In this document: positions 12,770 to 25,407 of the stretch, in pieces
Position numbering within the stretch: the stretch's first letter is position 1
How the letters are laid out: each line of letters begins with the position of its first letter
Assembly: GCA_002269645.1 (NCBI GenBank)
Contig: NIVC01000539.1
Coordinates: 124,001 to 188,000, forward strand
Reading direction: 5' to 3'
Length of the DNA stretch: 64,000 bases
Source of the DNA: Macrostomum lignano
Taxonomy: Eukaryota
The notes under the pieces: generated by a model
What the model was told of the DNA's origin: nothing
The model's input: the letters and a program-made list of their open reading frames with translations, nothing else
Databases searched by the model: none
Position numbers and translations under genes: made by a program

Positions 12770-14310
12770 AGAGATGAGATGAGAGAAGGGATGAGAGAAG
12801 AGGTGACAGAGGAAATGAGAGCGGAGAGAAGAGAGAAGAGGTGACACAGGAAATGAGAGCGGAGAGAAGAGAGAAGAGGTGACACAGGAAATGAGAGCGG
12901 AGAGAAGAGAGAAGAGGTGACACAGGAAATGAGAGCGGAGAGAAGAGAGAAGAGGTGACACAGGAAATGAGAGCGGAGAGAAGAGAGAAGAGGTGACAGA
13001 GGAAATGAGAGCGGAGAGAAGAGAGAAGAGGTGACAGAGGAAATGAGAGCGGAGAGAAGAGAGAAGAGGTGACACAGGAAATGAGAGCGGAGAGAAGAGA
13101 GAAGAGGTGACACAGGAAATGAGAGCGGAGAGAAGAGAGAAGAGGTGACACAGGAAATGAGAGCGGAGAGAAGAGAGAAGAGGTGACAGAGGAAATGAGA
13201 GCGGAGAGAAGAGAGAAGAGGTGACACAGGAAATGAGAGCGGAGAGAAGAGAGAAGAGGTGACAGAGGAAATGAGAGCGGAGAGAAGAGAGAAGAGGTGA
13301 CACAGGAAATGAGAGCGGAGAGAAGAGAGAAGAGGTGACACAGGAAATGAGAGCGGAGAGAAGAGAGAAGAGGTGACAGAGGAAATGAGAGCGGAGAGAA
13401 GAGAGAAGAGGTGACACAGGAAATGAGAGCGGAGAGAAGAGAGAAGAGGTGACAGAGGAAATGAGAGCGGAGAGAAGAGAGAAGAGGTGACACAGGAAAT
13501 GAGAGCGGAGAGAAGAGAGAAGAGGTGACACAGGAAATGAGAGCGGAGAGAAGAGAGAAGAGGTGACACAGGAAATGAGAGCGGAGAGAAGAGAGAAGAG
13601 GTGACACAGGAAATGAGAGCGGAGAGAAGAGAGAAGAGGTGACAGAGGAAATGAGAGCGGAGAGAAAATAGAAGAGAGAACAGAGGAAATGAGAGCGGAG
13701 AGAACAGAGAAGAGGTGACAGAGGAAATGAGAGCGGAGAGAAGAGAGAAGAGGTGACACAGGAAATGAGAGCGGAGAGAAGAGAGAAGAGGTGACACAGG
13801 AAATGAGAGCGGAGAGAAGAGAGAAGAGGTGACACAGGAAATGAGAGCGGAGAGAAGAGAGAAGAGGTGACACAGGAAATGAGAGCGGAGAGAAGAGAGA
13901 AGAGGTGACACAGGAAATGAGAGCGGAGAGAAGAGAGAAGAGGTGACACAGGAAATGAGAGCGGAGAGAAGAGAGAAGAGGTGACAGAGGAAATGAGAGC
14001 GGAGAGAAGAGAGAAGAGGTGACAGAGGAAATGAGAGCGGAGAGAAGAGAGAAGAGGTGACACAGGAAATGAGAGCGGAGAGAAGAGAGAAGAGGTGACA
14101 CAGGAAATGAGAGCGGAGAGAAGAGAGAAGAGGTGACAGAGGAAATGAGAGCGGAGAGAAGAGAGAAGAGGTGACAGAGGAAATGAGAGCGGAGAGAAGA
14201 GAGAAGAGGTGACAGAGGAAATGAGAGCGGAGAGAAAAGAGAAGAGGTGACAGAGGAAATGAGAGCGGAGAGAAGAGAGAAGAGGTGACAGAGGAAATGA
14301 GAACGGAGAG
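12770..14310 (+). repeat. 38-bp polypurine minisatellite (gtgacacaggaaatgagagcggagagaagagagaagag), about 40 copies
   Basis: Period 38, with two variants (cacagg and cagagg). The long minus-strand ORFs are open only because the strand lacks stop codons. Confidence 0.95.
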
Positions 14311-14339
14311 AACAGAAAAGAGAGAACAGATGAGGGCTG

Positions 14340-14436
14340 AAAAGAGACATATGCCGGGGCGGATTGCAATTGTGAAGTTTCAAAGGACCCGAGGGCTGGA
14401 TAGAAAGGTTTCGCGGGCCGAAGTTTGCCGACCCCA
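14340..14436 (-). mobile_element. hAT-like terminus adjoining the 38-bp array
   Basis: ...cgcgggccgaagtttgccgaccccag resembles the 10441-10465 end (TTGCCGACCCCTG). The partner end and TSD are not clearly identified. Confidence 0.45.
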
Positions 14437-15257
14437 GGTCTAGAGCACAAAACCTTCCACAGAACTGCATGCAGAAACTGCAGTCAGCGGATGAAAAGAG
14501 TCCATTTCCAATCCAGATTTTGGTTCTGGGAACTGCTTGTGACCAGCGTAGCTAGCTGCAGGCGCAGAAAAGAGCGATGGGTTGCTGGGAGAAGTCTCAA
14601 AGCAAAGAGTATGCGTCGGAAGAGCTGCAGACGGTGTCCTCTCCGCCTTCCCCCAAGCTAACCAGAGCATTTGCTGTCCCACAGGCTGTGTGGTCTTTCC
14701 CCTCGAGTGGCCAGTATAGCAGCTCACCGAGATCTGTGATCCCGCCCACACGATCACTGTCCGCGCGAGATCCCCGCCAGGAAGGGGGATGAAAGCAAGC
14801 AGACGGCCAACCAGATTTTGCCCAGTCTCCGGAGTCGGCGGGAGATGCGGCCGCTCTGCACTCGCGTATCAGCCGCCAACTTTTCTATTACTAGTTTTTG
14901 CTTGCCTCGAATTCTTCCTCCCCTCGAGCCCGGCTCCGGGAAGATTCGCTTTCTTGGGCAATTTTTTTGCTATCCGCTTCATCTGTTGTAGCCGACTTTT
15001 ACTTTTTCTCTCTTTCTCCTGCCGCGCAACGCGCCTGGGGCGATAAGTTAATCCCCACCCTTCCCCCCGCACCCCGGCTCGCTTCCTCTTAAGTCGGTTT
15101 CTCACGCTCGCCTCTCGGCGCAGATAAGCGTCCCCATTCCCCCCCCCCCGCCGGGCCAAACTTGTCAATCAGTTTATCTCACCGAAGAAGCCGCGAAAAG
15201 GGAGACAGGACGAGGAAACTGGGAGGTCTGGCTTGGAGTAGCCAAGGTGCGGTTGCC

Positions 15258-15481
15258 ATGCCCACCTGCAAGCGGCTGGTTGCTCAGTCCAGCTCTGAGC
15301 ACAGCCTGTCGGCATGCAGCGGCGGCGGCGCTGGCGGCGGCGGCGGGAGTCAAACAACGCTGGAGACGCCAACAACTCCGGCTGACTCGGTGGACGGGAT
15401 GTCGCTGTCGCTGTGGAATCTGTACTTGGAGTACGCGGCGGCTGGAGAGGCCCAGGATGGATCTGATCAAGCCGGGGCTCA
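15258..15481 (+). CDS. Possible first coding exon (MPTCKRL...GMSLSLWNLYLEY...AGAQ); gene assignment uncertain
   Basis: gccATG context, GC-rich, Gly run, strong donor ca|GTAAGC at 15482 (phase 2). The phase is compatible with the 24293 exon. Confidence 0.35.
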
Positions 15482-15516
15482 GTAAGCCGGCGTTGGTTGC
15501 TAAGTAGGGATTGTCG

Positions 15517-16570
15517 ACTAGTGAGGATTATCGAGTAGTGAGGATTGTAGCGTAGTGAGGACTATCGAGTAGTGAGGACTATCGAGTAGTGAGGACTATC
15601 GAGTAGTGAGGACTATCGAGTAGTGAGGACTATCGAGTAGTGAGGACTATCGAGTAGTGAGGATTATCGAGTAGTGAGGATTATCGAGTAGTGAGGATTA
15701 TCGAGTAGTGAGGATTGTAGCGTAGTGAGGACTATCGAGTAGTGAGGACTATCGAGTAGTGAGGACTATCGAGTAGTGAGGATTATCGAGTAGTGAGGAT
15801 TATCGAGTAGTGAGGACTATCGAGTAGTGAGGACTATCGAGTAGTGAGGACTATCGAGTAGTTAGGATTATCGAGTAGTGAGGATTGTCGCGTAGTGAGG
15901 ATTATCGATTAGTGAGGATTATCGAGTAGTGAGGATTGTTGACTAGTGAGGATTATCGAGTAGTGAGGATTATCGAGTAGTGAGGATTATCGAGTAGTGA
16001 GGACTATCGAGTAGTGAGGACTATCGAGTAGTGAGGACTATCGAGTAGTGAGGATTGTCGAGTAGTGAGGATTATCGAGTAGTGAGGACTATCGAGTAGT
16101 GAGGATTATCGAGTAGTTAGGATTATCGAGTAGTGAGGATTGTCGCGTAGTGAGGATTATCGATTAGTGAGGATTATCGAGTAGTGAGGATTATCGAGTA
16201 GTGAGGATTATCGAGTAGTGAGGATTATCGAGTAGTGAGGATTATCGAGTAGTGAGGATTGTAGCGTAGTGAGGACTATCGAGTAGTGAGGACTATCGAG
16301 TAGTGAGGACTATCGAGTAGTGAGGACTATCGAGTAGTGAGGATTATCGAGTAGTGAGGATTATCGAGTAGTGAGGACTATCGAGTAGTGAGGATTATCG
16401 AGTAGTGAGGATTATCGAGTAGTGAGGATTATCGAGTAGTGAGGATTATCGAGTAGTGAGGATTATCGCGTAGTGAGGATTATCGAGTAGTGAGGATTAT
16501 CGAGTAGTGAGGACTATCGAGTAGTGAGGATTATCGAGTAGTGAGGATTATCGAGTAGGGAGGATTATCG
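15517..16570 (+). repeat. 17-bp minisatellite (agtagtgaggaytatcg), about 60 copies
   Basis: Direct tandem repeats, one CpG per unit. Confidence 0.95.
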
Positions 16571-17096
16571 CCTAAATAGTGATGATTATGTACCAGTGGT
16601 TTATCAATCAGTTATTACAGGAACAAACAATTTGTGCAGCTAATCTTAGTTTAGTCCGACACTGATAGACTTAAGAATATTTAACAATTTTCGGATGATT
16701 TTCTCTGCCTGGCTCCACGCACTGCAGGTCAGGAGATTTTCAATCCTACGTTTATAAATAAAAAGTTTCTTCAAAGCCTGAGTCTGCTGAGTACTATTAG
16801 AACTAATGCACTTTAGTGAGAGGCCAGTGACCGATACAGTCAATGGTTTCGCTTCAACTGCTAATTGTGGGAAAATTTCGATTAGCCTGAGCTAGATATT
16901 AGATTAGGAGCGGCGTGCGGGATTTCCACTCCCCATACAGTTGCGATATCTGGGATCAGATGAAACAGTTTCTCCCTTTTCGACTGACTTCATACAAAAT
17001 ATCTTAATGAGCTTTTGCATCTGAATAATATAGTGCTTACTGTCACAACTTTGCTGGAAACAAAGTACAAAGTACACACGATACACGATGGGGATA

Positions 17097-17850
17097 TCCA
17101 ATGAGATCCCATCGGTTCCTCCCCCCCCCCCAATAAGATCCCATCGGTTCCGCCCACACAATGAGATCCCATCGGTTCCGCCCCCCCCAATGAGATCCCA
17201 TCGGTTTCGCCCCCACAATGAGATCCCATCGGTTCCGCCCCCCCCCCAATGAGATCCCATCGGTTCCGCCCCCCCCCAACAATGAGATCCCATCGGTTCC
17301 GCCCCCCCCACAATGAGATTCCATCGGTTCCGCCCCCCTAATGAGATCCCATCGGTTCCGCCCCCCCCCAATGAGATCCCATCGGTTCCGCCCCCCCCCC
17401 AATGAGATCCCATCGGTTCCGCCCCCCCCCAATGAGATCCCATCGGTTCCGCCCCCCCACAATGAGATCCCATCGGTTCCGCCCCCAATACCAATGAGAT
17501 CCCATCGGTTCCGCGCCCCCCCCAATGAGATCCCATCGGTTCCGCCCCACCCCCCCCAATGAGATCCCATCGGTTCCGCCCCCCACAATACCAATGAGAT
17601 CCCATCGGTTCCGCCCCCCAATACCAATGAGATCCCATCGGTTCCGCCCCCAATACCAATGAGATCCCATCGGTTCCGCCCCCAATACCAATGATAACCC
17701 ATCGGTTCCGCCCCCCCCCCACAATACCAATGAGATCCCATCGGTTCCGCCCCCCAATACCAATGAGAACCCATCGGTTCTGTCCCCCTCTCCCCAATAC
17801 CGATGAGATCCCATCGGTTCCGCCCCCCCAATACCGATGAGATCCCATCG
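17097..17850 (+). repeat. Minisatellite aatgagatcccatcggttccg + variable C-run (about 29-38 bp)
   Basis: Constant 21-bp core with C6-C10 runs and optional acaatacc inserts. Confidence 0.9.
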
Positions 17851-18054
17851 GTTCTTCCCAGTGATCCCATTTTATCAATGAAACCATCAGCTCAAAAATT
17901 TTTCTTCAGAAGATATAATTTAAAAAATCATTCAGACCATGACTTCTGTAACTCAAGCCTACTCGATACTTACTACTGTAAGTAGAAAAACAAGAGTATG
18001 ATTATATTAAATAATTAATGTATATATAAATAATATCACTAAACTCACATTGTG

Positions 18055-18725
18055 GGGTCGCTTTCACAAGCCCTAAATTTCACAACGTCGCAAGACACAA
18101 ACTTTCATAAGCTCTAAATTTCATAAACCCTAATTTTCACATCGTCGAAAAGTTGTGCACAGTATTTCATAAGCTCTAAATTTTACAAGCTCTAAATTTC
18201 ACAACGTCGAAAACAAAACTTGCATCAGACTGCATAAACTATAAATTTCACAAGCCCTACTTTTCATAAGACCTAATTTTCACAACGTCTAAAAGCACGT
18301 CTGAGAGATTGTATCTCCATAGTGTTTTTAGGCGTTGTGAAATTTAGGTCTTGTGAAAGATTGTATCTCCAGTGTTTTTAGGCGTTGTGAAATTGAGCTT
18401 GTGAAATTTAGAGCTTCTGAAAAAAGAAGCAAATTTAATTTTCGACGTTGTGATATTTAGGGTTTGTGAAATTTAGAGCTTTTGAAATTCTGTGCATGCC
18501 TTTTAGGTGTTATGAAATTTAGGGCTTGTGAAATTTAGGTCTTGTGAAATCTGCTGCATTGCTTATTTTCGACGTTGTGAAAATTAGGGCTTGTGAAATT
18601 TAGGTCTTGTGAAATCTGCTGCATTGCTTATTTTCGACGTTGTGAAAATTAGGGTTTATGAAATATAGTTCTTATGAAAGGTTCTGGTTTCGACGTTGTG
18701 AAAATTAGGGTTTGTGAAACGACCC
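18055..18725. mobile_element. Foldback (Mutator-like) element with modular long inverted arms
   Basis: Ends GGGTCGCTTTCACAAGCCC / GGGTTTGTGAAACGACCC. Left arm is built of ttcacaagccctaaatttcacaacgtcg units, right arm of their reverse complement. Flanks CACATTGTG / TACATTATG (7/9, 9-bp TSD-like). Confidence 0.8.
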
Positions 18726-19639
18726 TACATTATGATATCTAGAAGAAACTTTTATCTACACTCAATTGCAGCATTGGTATAATAATTTCTCAAACATTTA
18801 TCAATCGCAAAGAATAATTTAACAGGCATGTTTCGGTTGTAAGGTCACTACCTGAAATGGCATTAGTTTTACAACTAGTTGTTGCCATTGGTCAGCTCAT
18901 TTATGGCTGTGAAATTTGGTTTTTATTTTTTATTTGCCCCACTTTCGGCCTTCTTAAGTCGCACGCAATAAAACGATCTGACGGAGGTGGTCGCATGGAG
19001 TACGAAAATAGCTTAGACTGGAGTGGAGTATCTATGATCACCATGGATAGGGAAAATGGAAGTTTCCAATCCAGATACCTCTCTAGCTTAAGAACTCCGC
19101 GACTCAGACCACAGAGAGGCCGCGCTAACGTTTAATGGCCAGAGGCTGATAGTGGGGGGTTATTGTTTCCCAGTCAGTCTCACTCTGGACATATCCTGAG
19201 GCCTTGCCAGGGATCTGGGAAGCATTATTCTTAGCTCCAGTTCCCATTCATTATTCACGCATCGTGGCGGCGCATGCGTGGATATTCGCCCTCCCTCCTG
19301 ACTGATTTGGCGATTGTCAAACTTTCTTAGAAAATTTCCGGCTTCTAATATGCTGAATGCTCTCCAGTTCTCAAGGGGGGAGAGAAGGAGTTTATCCCCT
19401 GTTTCCATTCTGAGAATTTTGCCTATACTGAGGAAACACTGATTGAAGAGGAGTTTTGCATGGTTAAAGCTCCCGTGTCAATTCGCGCCTACGTCAATGA
19501 ACAACGCGGTATTTTCCGTCTGATTCCTGTAGTAAATATTTTGGCTGTAACAATTGGTTGCCAGGATATTTAAACGATGTGAAAAATTGTCAACACAAAA
19601 ATAAGCCTGTGGGTTTTTATAGAATATACTGTACTTTCT

Positions 19640-20180
19640 GTCCCTTCCATCCGATAATTGCTGCCCCCAGCCAATCAGTGCGCTAGGAGAGCCAGTAGAC
19701 AGGGGTAGAAAATATCAGTGTACAGTTAAATAGTTTCCGTCCCTTCAATCCGAAAATTGCTGCCTCCAGCCAATCAGTGCGCTAGGAGAGCCAGTAGACA
19801 GGGGTAGAAAATATCAGTGTACAGTTAAATAGTTTCCGTCCCTTCAATCCGAAAATTGCTGCCTCCAGCCAATCAGTGCGCTAGGAGAGCCAGTAGACAG
19901 GGGTAGAAAATATCAGTGTACAGTTAAATAGTTTCCGTCCCTTCAATCCGATAATTGCTGCCTCCAGCCAATCAGTGCGCTAGGAGAGCCAGTAGACAGG
20001 GGTAGAAAATATCAGTGTACTGTTAAATAGTTTCCGTCCCTTCAATCCGATAAATGGTGCCTCCAGCCAATCAGTGCGCTAGGAGAGCCAGTAGACAGGG
20101 GTAGAAAATATCAGTGTACTTTTAAATAGTTTCCGTCCCTTCAATCCGATAAATGGTGCCCCCAGCCAATCAGCGCGCTA
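19640..20180 (+). repeat. 99-bp tandem repeat, about 5.3 copies, each with an AGCCAATCAG (CCAAT box)
   Basis: ccagccaatcag at 19667, 19766, 19865, 19964 and onward at 99-bp spacing. Confidence 0.9.
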
Positions 20181-20835
20181 GAAGAGTCCAGTAAACAGGA
20201 ATAGAACTTGTACGAGCGTACGAGCTAAAATTTCATAGCGGTCCGGTCAACATAAAAACTGATTTCTCGTCGCATATTTAATTTCTATAAAAAATCTATA
20301 ATCGCATAATGTCTCATTTAAAATATGCCCGTATGTAAGCCAATATAAGCAGCTTTGAATAAGTGGAGAAACCAAGAATAGAAAATTCCCCCAGGAAAAA
20401 ATTACAGCACACCTAATCCTGGATAAACATTGAAAAGTTTGTTTTCCAACACTGGAGTGGTATACCTATTCTTTGCATGGGGCACAGAGTTTGATAGCCT
20501 CATTGGCAGCTCCTCGAGGTCTACATCCCTAGCCCCAGCTCAGTCACAACAACTCACCAGTCCTACTAGCCAATAGAAAGCCAGGGAGGAAACGGATAGA
20601 GATTGATGGGGCCATCTATTCACGCTATCGTTTCCTAGACTCCTCTCCCAGCTCCTCATTTCTTTCTCTCTTTCTTATCTACCGGCTTGCCTCTGCCTTA
20701 CCTCTCCCCAATGCCGATAAGAAGCCATAGTCGCCAATAAATCTTTCTTTGACAACACTTATCTGCTTCTAGCGCCGGACAAAACTTTGCTTGGACAAAG
20801 GATGCAACAGAACACTCGCTAAGCTGTCTGGAGCA

Positions 20836-21035
20836 ATGTCCTCGTCACCCTCATCTGCTTCTGCCACAGTTGCTGGTCGGCCAAATACAAAAATTCTGAA
20901 ACAGAGACGCAACGCTGCGTTGTTTGTTGTTGAGACAGACGATGAAGCTACGGTAGCCAGTGGCTATCCAGACTCCTCCTCGGCGCCGGCTGCCGCTGCC
21001 GGCGGGAGGCGAAGCGGCCAGCGTTCGCGGAACGG
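20836..21035 (+). CDS. Probable N-terminal coding exon, tentatively of the Hv channel gene (MSSSPSSASA...RSRNG)
   Basis: Open frame, GC-rich 3' half, donor gg|GTGAGG at 21036 (phase 2) matching the phase-2 acceptor at 24293. Confidence 0.45.
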
Positions 21036-21110
21036 GTGAGGGGCGAGCCGCTCATTTCGTGACGAGCGGCTATTATTCCATTATTTAGGCCGGGCTGCAG
21101 CTGCTCCTGC

Positions 21111-21678
<568 letters not shown>

Positions 21679-22171
21679 GGGGATATAACTTGCATCAAGG
21701 ATGTTGTCACGCAGAAATTATTTTAATAACTTCCCCTCCGAGTTAGACAACTGCGATTTGAGCTGCTTTGAGTCCCATATTAGGCAGGCAGACAGTATAC
21801 ATTATTTCGGAATAAGCACTTGTGCGTCGACACCTTTCATTAACCAGCCAGCACGACTCGTGCTTCTCTCTACACCTAATTCGAATCTATTGGAACCATG
21901 TCCGCCCGGCTTTGCTAAGGTAATCAACTGGGATAAGTCATCATAATATTTTAATAGAAATCAAAGGCCAGACCCGTAGAATCCAATTCTTCCCAAATAT
22001 TTCTACACGGAGGGACAGGAACGGCTTTATAATGAACAGGTTGAACTATCTGGCGCGACATGGAGGCTGATAATTGAGAAATTGTGTGAGAGGCGGGCGC
22101 AATTCGCTTAAAATGTCTAACGTCAAACGCTGCTGTCTTCTTAGATTGAATCCACTTCTGCATGGGCAGGT

Positions 22172-22792
22172 GGGATTGTCACTCTGATGAGCGTCTGAAT
22201 GCACACCCACTACCTACATTCAGTCCAGGGATTGTCACTCTGATGAGCGTCTGAATGCACACCCACTACCTACATTCAGTCCAGGGATTGTCACTCTGAT
22301 GAGCGTCAGAATGCACACCCACTACCTACATTCAGTCCAGGGATTGTCACTCTGATGAGCGTCAGAATGCACACCCACTACCTACATTCAGTCCAGGGAT
22401 TGTCACTCTGATGAGCGTCAGAATGCACACCCACTACCTACATTCAGTCCAGGGATTGTCACTCTGATGAGCGTCTGAATGCACACCCACTACCTACATT
22501 CAGTCCAGGGATTGTCACTCTGATGAGCGTCTGAATGCACACCCACTACTACCTACATTCAGTCCAGGGATTGTCACTCTGATGAGCGTCTGAATGCACA
22601 CCCACTACCTACATTCAGTCCAGGGATTGTCACTCTGATGAGCGTCTGAATGCACACCCACTACCTACATTCAGTCCAGGGATTGTCACTCTGATGAGCG
22701 TCAGAATGCACACCCACTACCTACATTCAGTCCAGGGATTGTCACTCTGATGAGCGTCTGAATGCACACCCACTACTACCTACATTCAGTCC
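22172..22792 (+). repeat. 56-bp minisatellite, about 11 copies
   Basis: Unit gggattgtcactctgatgagcgtctgaatgcacacccactacctacattcagtcca; period 22172 to 22228. Confidence 0.95.
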
Positions 22793-23002
22793 AATACACA
22801 TTAATCATAAATGGGTGTTTTTCTCCGTCACTGCAGTGAAGTACTTTAGCAAACTTAAGTTACCTCGGTCAGCAGCTGCCTGACAAACTTTGATTGTTAA
22901 AGAATCTCTGACTTCATTGGCTTTTTCAAAGCTTTCTTTAGAAAGAAAAAAGGAACCAATGTAAATTTTAATGGGGTTAAAATATCTTGTTGGATAACTC
23001 CG

Positions 23003-23377
23003 GGGGGCCGTCTCCTAGTGGTCTGGTGCGGCGCTCTGATGCGCCAGCGGCCCAGGCTCGATTCCCAGTGCAGTAAACATTGATTTGGGACTAAATTGGA
23101 ATCTCGGCTTGGCTCTGCTCGTGAAATTAACGCCCTTGAACTCGAAGGCCAACCCCCAAGGCACAGTGAAGTGTACATGCCTAACATCGATAAACTTAGG
23201 GCCGCTGTACACTCCTGTGTGAGTGCGTGCCTGTGCGTATGACTGCGTACGTATCCGCGCGCTTGTGTTCCTGCTCAGGGGAGTCGGCGGAATGGGTAGT
23301 AATGCCTCTCGCCGGTTGTGTGACAATGTCGCTTAAAGTGCGCCAGGGTGCACACAGACCCTAACCACTAAAAAAAC
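23003..23377 (+). mobile_element. tRNA-derived SINE (3' limit uncertain)
   Basis: Head with A-box-like CCTAGTGGTCTGG, anticodon-like stem GGCGC..GCGCC and B-box-like GGCTCGATTCC. The body caaggcacag..gtgtacatg..agggccgctgtacac recurs on the minus strand at about 33985-34085. Short A-run near 23371. Confidence 0.65.
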
Positions 23378-23703
23378 TGAATGATTCCTTTAAGGACTGC
23401 TGTAACGCCTGTTTTTTTACTAATTATTGTGTCGAAAAATTTCTAAATAGTTTTTTGCGGAAAGTACTATTTTGTGTATCGCCGGCTATTTATTGCAGCA
23501 AAATATTAATTTACGCGCCTTGTCAGCGGGAACTGGCCGTGGCCGCGCTCCCCTTTGACCCGGGCAAGCGGACTGTCTGCGACTGAGCCAATGGGGGCGG
23601 GGGGCAGAGAGGGGCACTTTGATTAGCGTCCCCCGACTCGAATCTGTTTTGGCAGACCACTCTGCCCACCCCGCCCCCTGGAGACGGGAGCATCGCTTTC
23701 AAG

Positions 23704-23747
<44 letters not shown>

Positions 23748-24292
23748 TCTGAAAGTGGACTCCACCGCTGAAGGAGGCGGGCCTACTGAAGCGTGCGCAA
23801 GGCCACCGAGGCTGTGGCTCAAACCCATTAATGACGATGAGGGACTCTACATAGCTTAGATATTGGTCTCTTATCCAACTAAAAATCCACATAGCGAGTC
23901 TCTGTCTCGACTGGAATTCTGAGAACCCGGGGTCTTCCAAATCCTCTTCGACCTGAGAGACTTAGCCGTCGGAAATACTTTTTTCTTACTTTCTTGTTAG
24001 GCCGTCACTTTGGCCTGCTTTCCTCTGTGCGGTTTCTCTTGCCAATAACTGTTATCTATGAATCAATAATTAGGGTATTAAGCTGATGTTGGACTCCAGC
24101 ATCTACCAATCGGAATCTGGGCATCTGTCAGCTCAAGCACGCCATGCTGAACCGCAACTACTGGTTACTTTATAATGTCACGATGACAATGAATCATAAA
24201 TAAGTTCCTCTGCATCATTGCGCAGACTCAGTTGTGCTTGAACTAACACTATATTTACTTTACTTACTGTTACTTATTTTTACTAATTCCAG

Positions 24293-24418
24293 GTACTCCT
24301 ACCAGTTCGGATGGATGAACAACAAGAAGTTTATCAAGCAGTTGCAGAAGGACAATATCGACTTGGCCATCCTACAGAGCGAAATCGGGGCTGTCAGCAC
24401 CAAGCGGCGAAAGAAATC
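24293..24418 (+). CDS. Coding exon YSYQFGWMNNKKFIKQLQKDNIDLAILQSEIGAVSTKRRKK, probably Hv N-terminal region
   Basis: Pyrimidine-rich acceptor ttccAG, donor tc|GTTAGT, strong C/G third-position bias. Lies upstream of the Hv core on the same strand; linkage not proven. Confidence 0.65.
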
Positions 24419-24461
24419 GTTAGTGAAATAAGGTTTATTTGCAGCGTCCGTGTAGGTTTGT

Positions 24462-25092
24462 GTCAGACATCTATGAATCAGTGTAGATTTGTGTCAGACA
24501 GCTATGCATCAGTGCAGGTTTGTGTCAGACATCTATGCATCAGTGCAGGTTTGTGTCAGACATCTATGCATCAGTGTAGATTTGTGTCAGACATCTATGC
24601 ATCAGTGTAGATTTGTGTCAGACATCTATGCATCATTGTAGATTTGTGTCAGACATCTATGCATAGGTGTAGATTTGTGTCAGACATCTATGCATCAGTG
24701 TAGATTTGTGTCAGACATCTATGCATCATTGTAGATTTGTGTCAGACATCTATGCATAGGTGTAGATTTGTGTCAGACATCTATGCATCAGTGTAGATTT
24801 GTGTCAGACATCTATGCATCATTGTAGATTTGTGTCAGACATCTATGCATAGGTGTAGATTTGTGTCAGACATCTATGCATCAGTGTAGATTTGTGTCAG
24901 ACAGCTATGCATAGGTGTAGGTTTGTGTCAGACATCTATGGATCAGTGCAGATTTGTGTCAGACAGCTATGCATAGGTGTAGGTTTGTGTCAGACATCTA
25001 TGAATCAGTGCAGATTTGTGTCAGACAGCTATGCATAGGTGTAGGTTTGTGTCAGACATCTATGGATCAGTGCATATTTGTGTCAGACATCT
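24462..25092 (+). repeat. 31-bp minisatellite (gtagatttgtgtcagacatctatgcatcagt), about 20 copies
   Basis: Direct tandem repeats. Confidence 0.95.
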
Positions 25093-25407
25093 GCCGTGTA
25101 GATTTATGTCGGTCACTTTTCTGACCACAGCATGGCTTTGCAGGACGACTAAAAGATGAATTTGCATAGCTATCAATGTCGGAGAAACTTTTGTGGAGAA
25201 GTCAAAAGTTGGATTTTCAGGCGCTTTGCGTTGCGTAACAGCTTCAGCGCTAATGCGTTTGAATGGCTGGGAAAAGGGATTAAGCAGGACTGCCAGTGGG
25301 GCAGATAACCGCCTGTCGCTGTGTCTGCGTAATTTCCATGCAAATTTTATTTTAGTAAATTCGGGTTGTGCCAGACACGATATCGATTTGCGGATTGTTA
25401 CATTGGC

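Noticed and set aside
12456-14470. Long minus-strand ORFs of 418-664 aa (also 159-989, 9290-10525, 16904-17887, 25193-26841)
   Set aside because: Stop-free only because of low-complexity or tandem repeats; open in several frames at once.
22172-22792. CTGATGAG in each 56-bp unit suggesting a tandem hammerhead ribozyme (retrozyme) or C/D snoRNA
   Set aside because: No GAAA core after a stem II (sequence continues cgtctgaatg/cgtcagaatg), no closing helices found, and box order does not fit a C/D snoRNA.
23003-23075. Functional tRNA gene
   Set aside because: 6-nt anticodon loop, degenerate T-loop (GCTCGA), no proper acceptor stem or T-run terminator; better explained as a SINE head.
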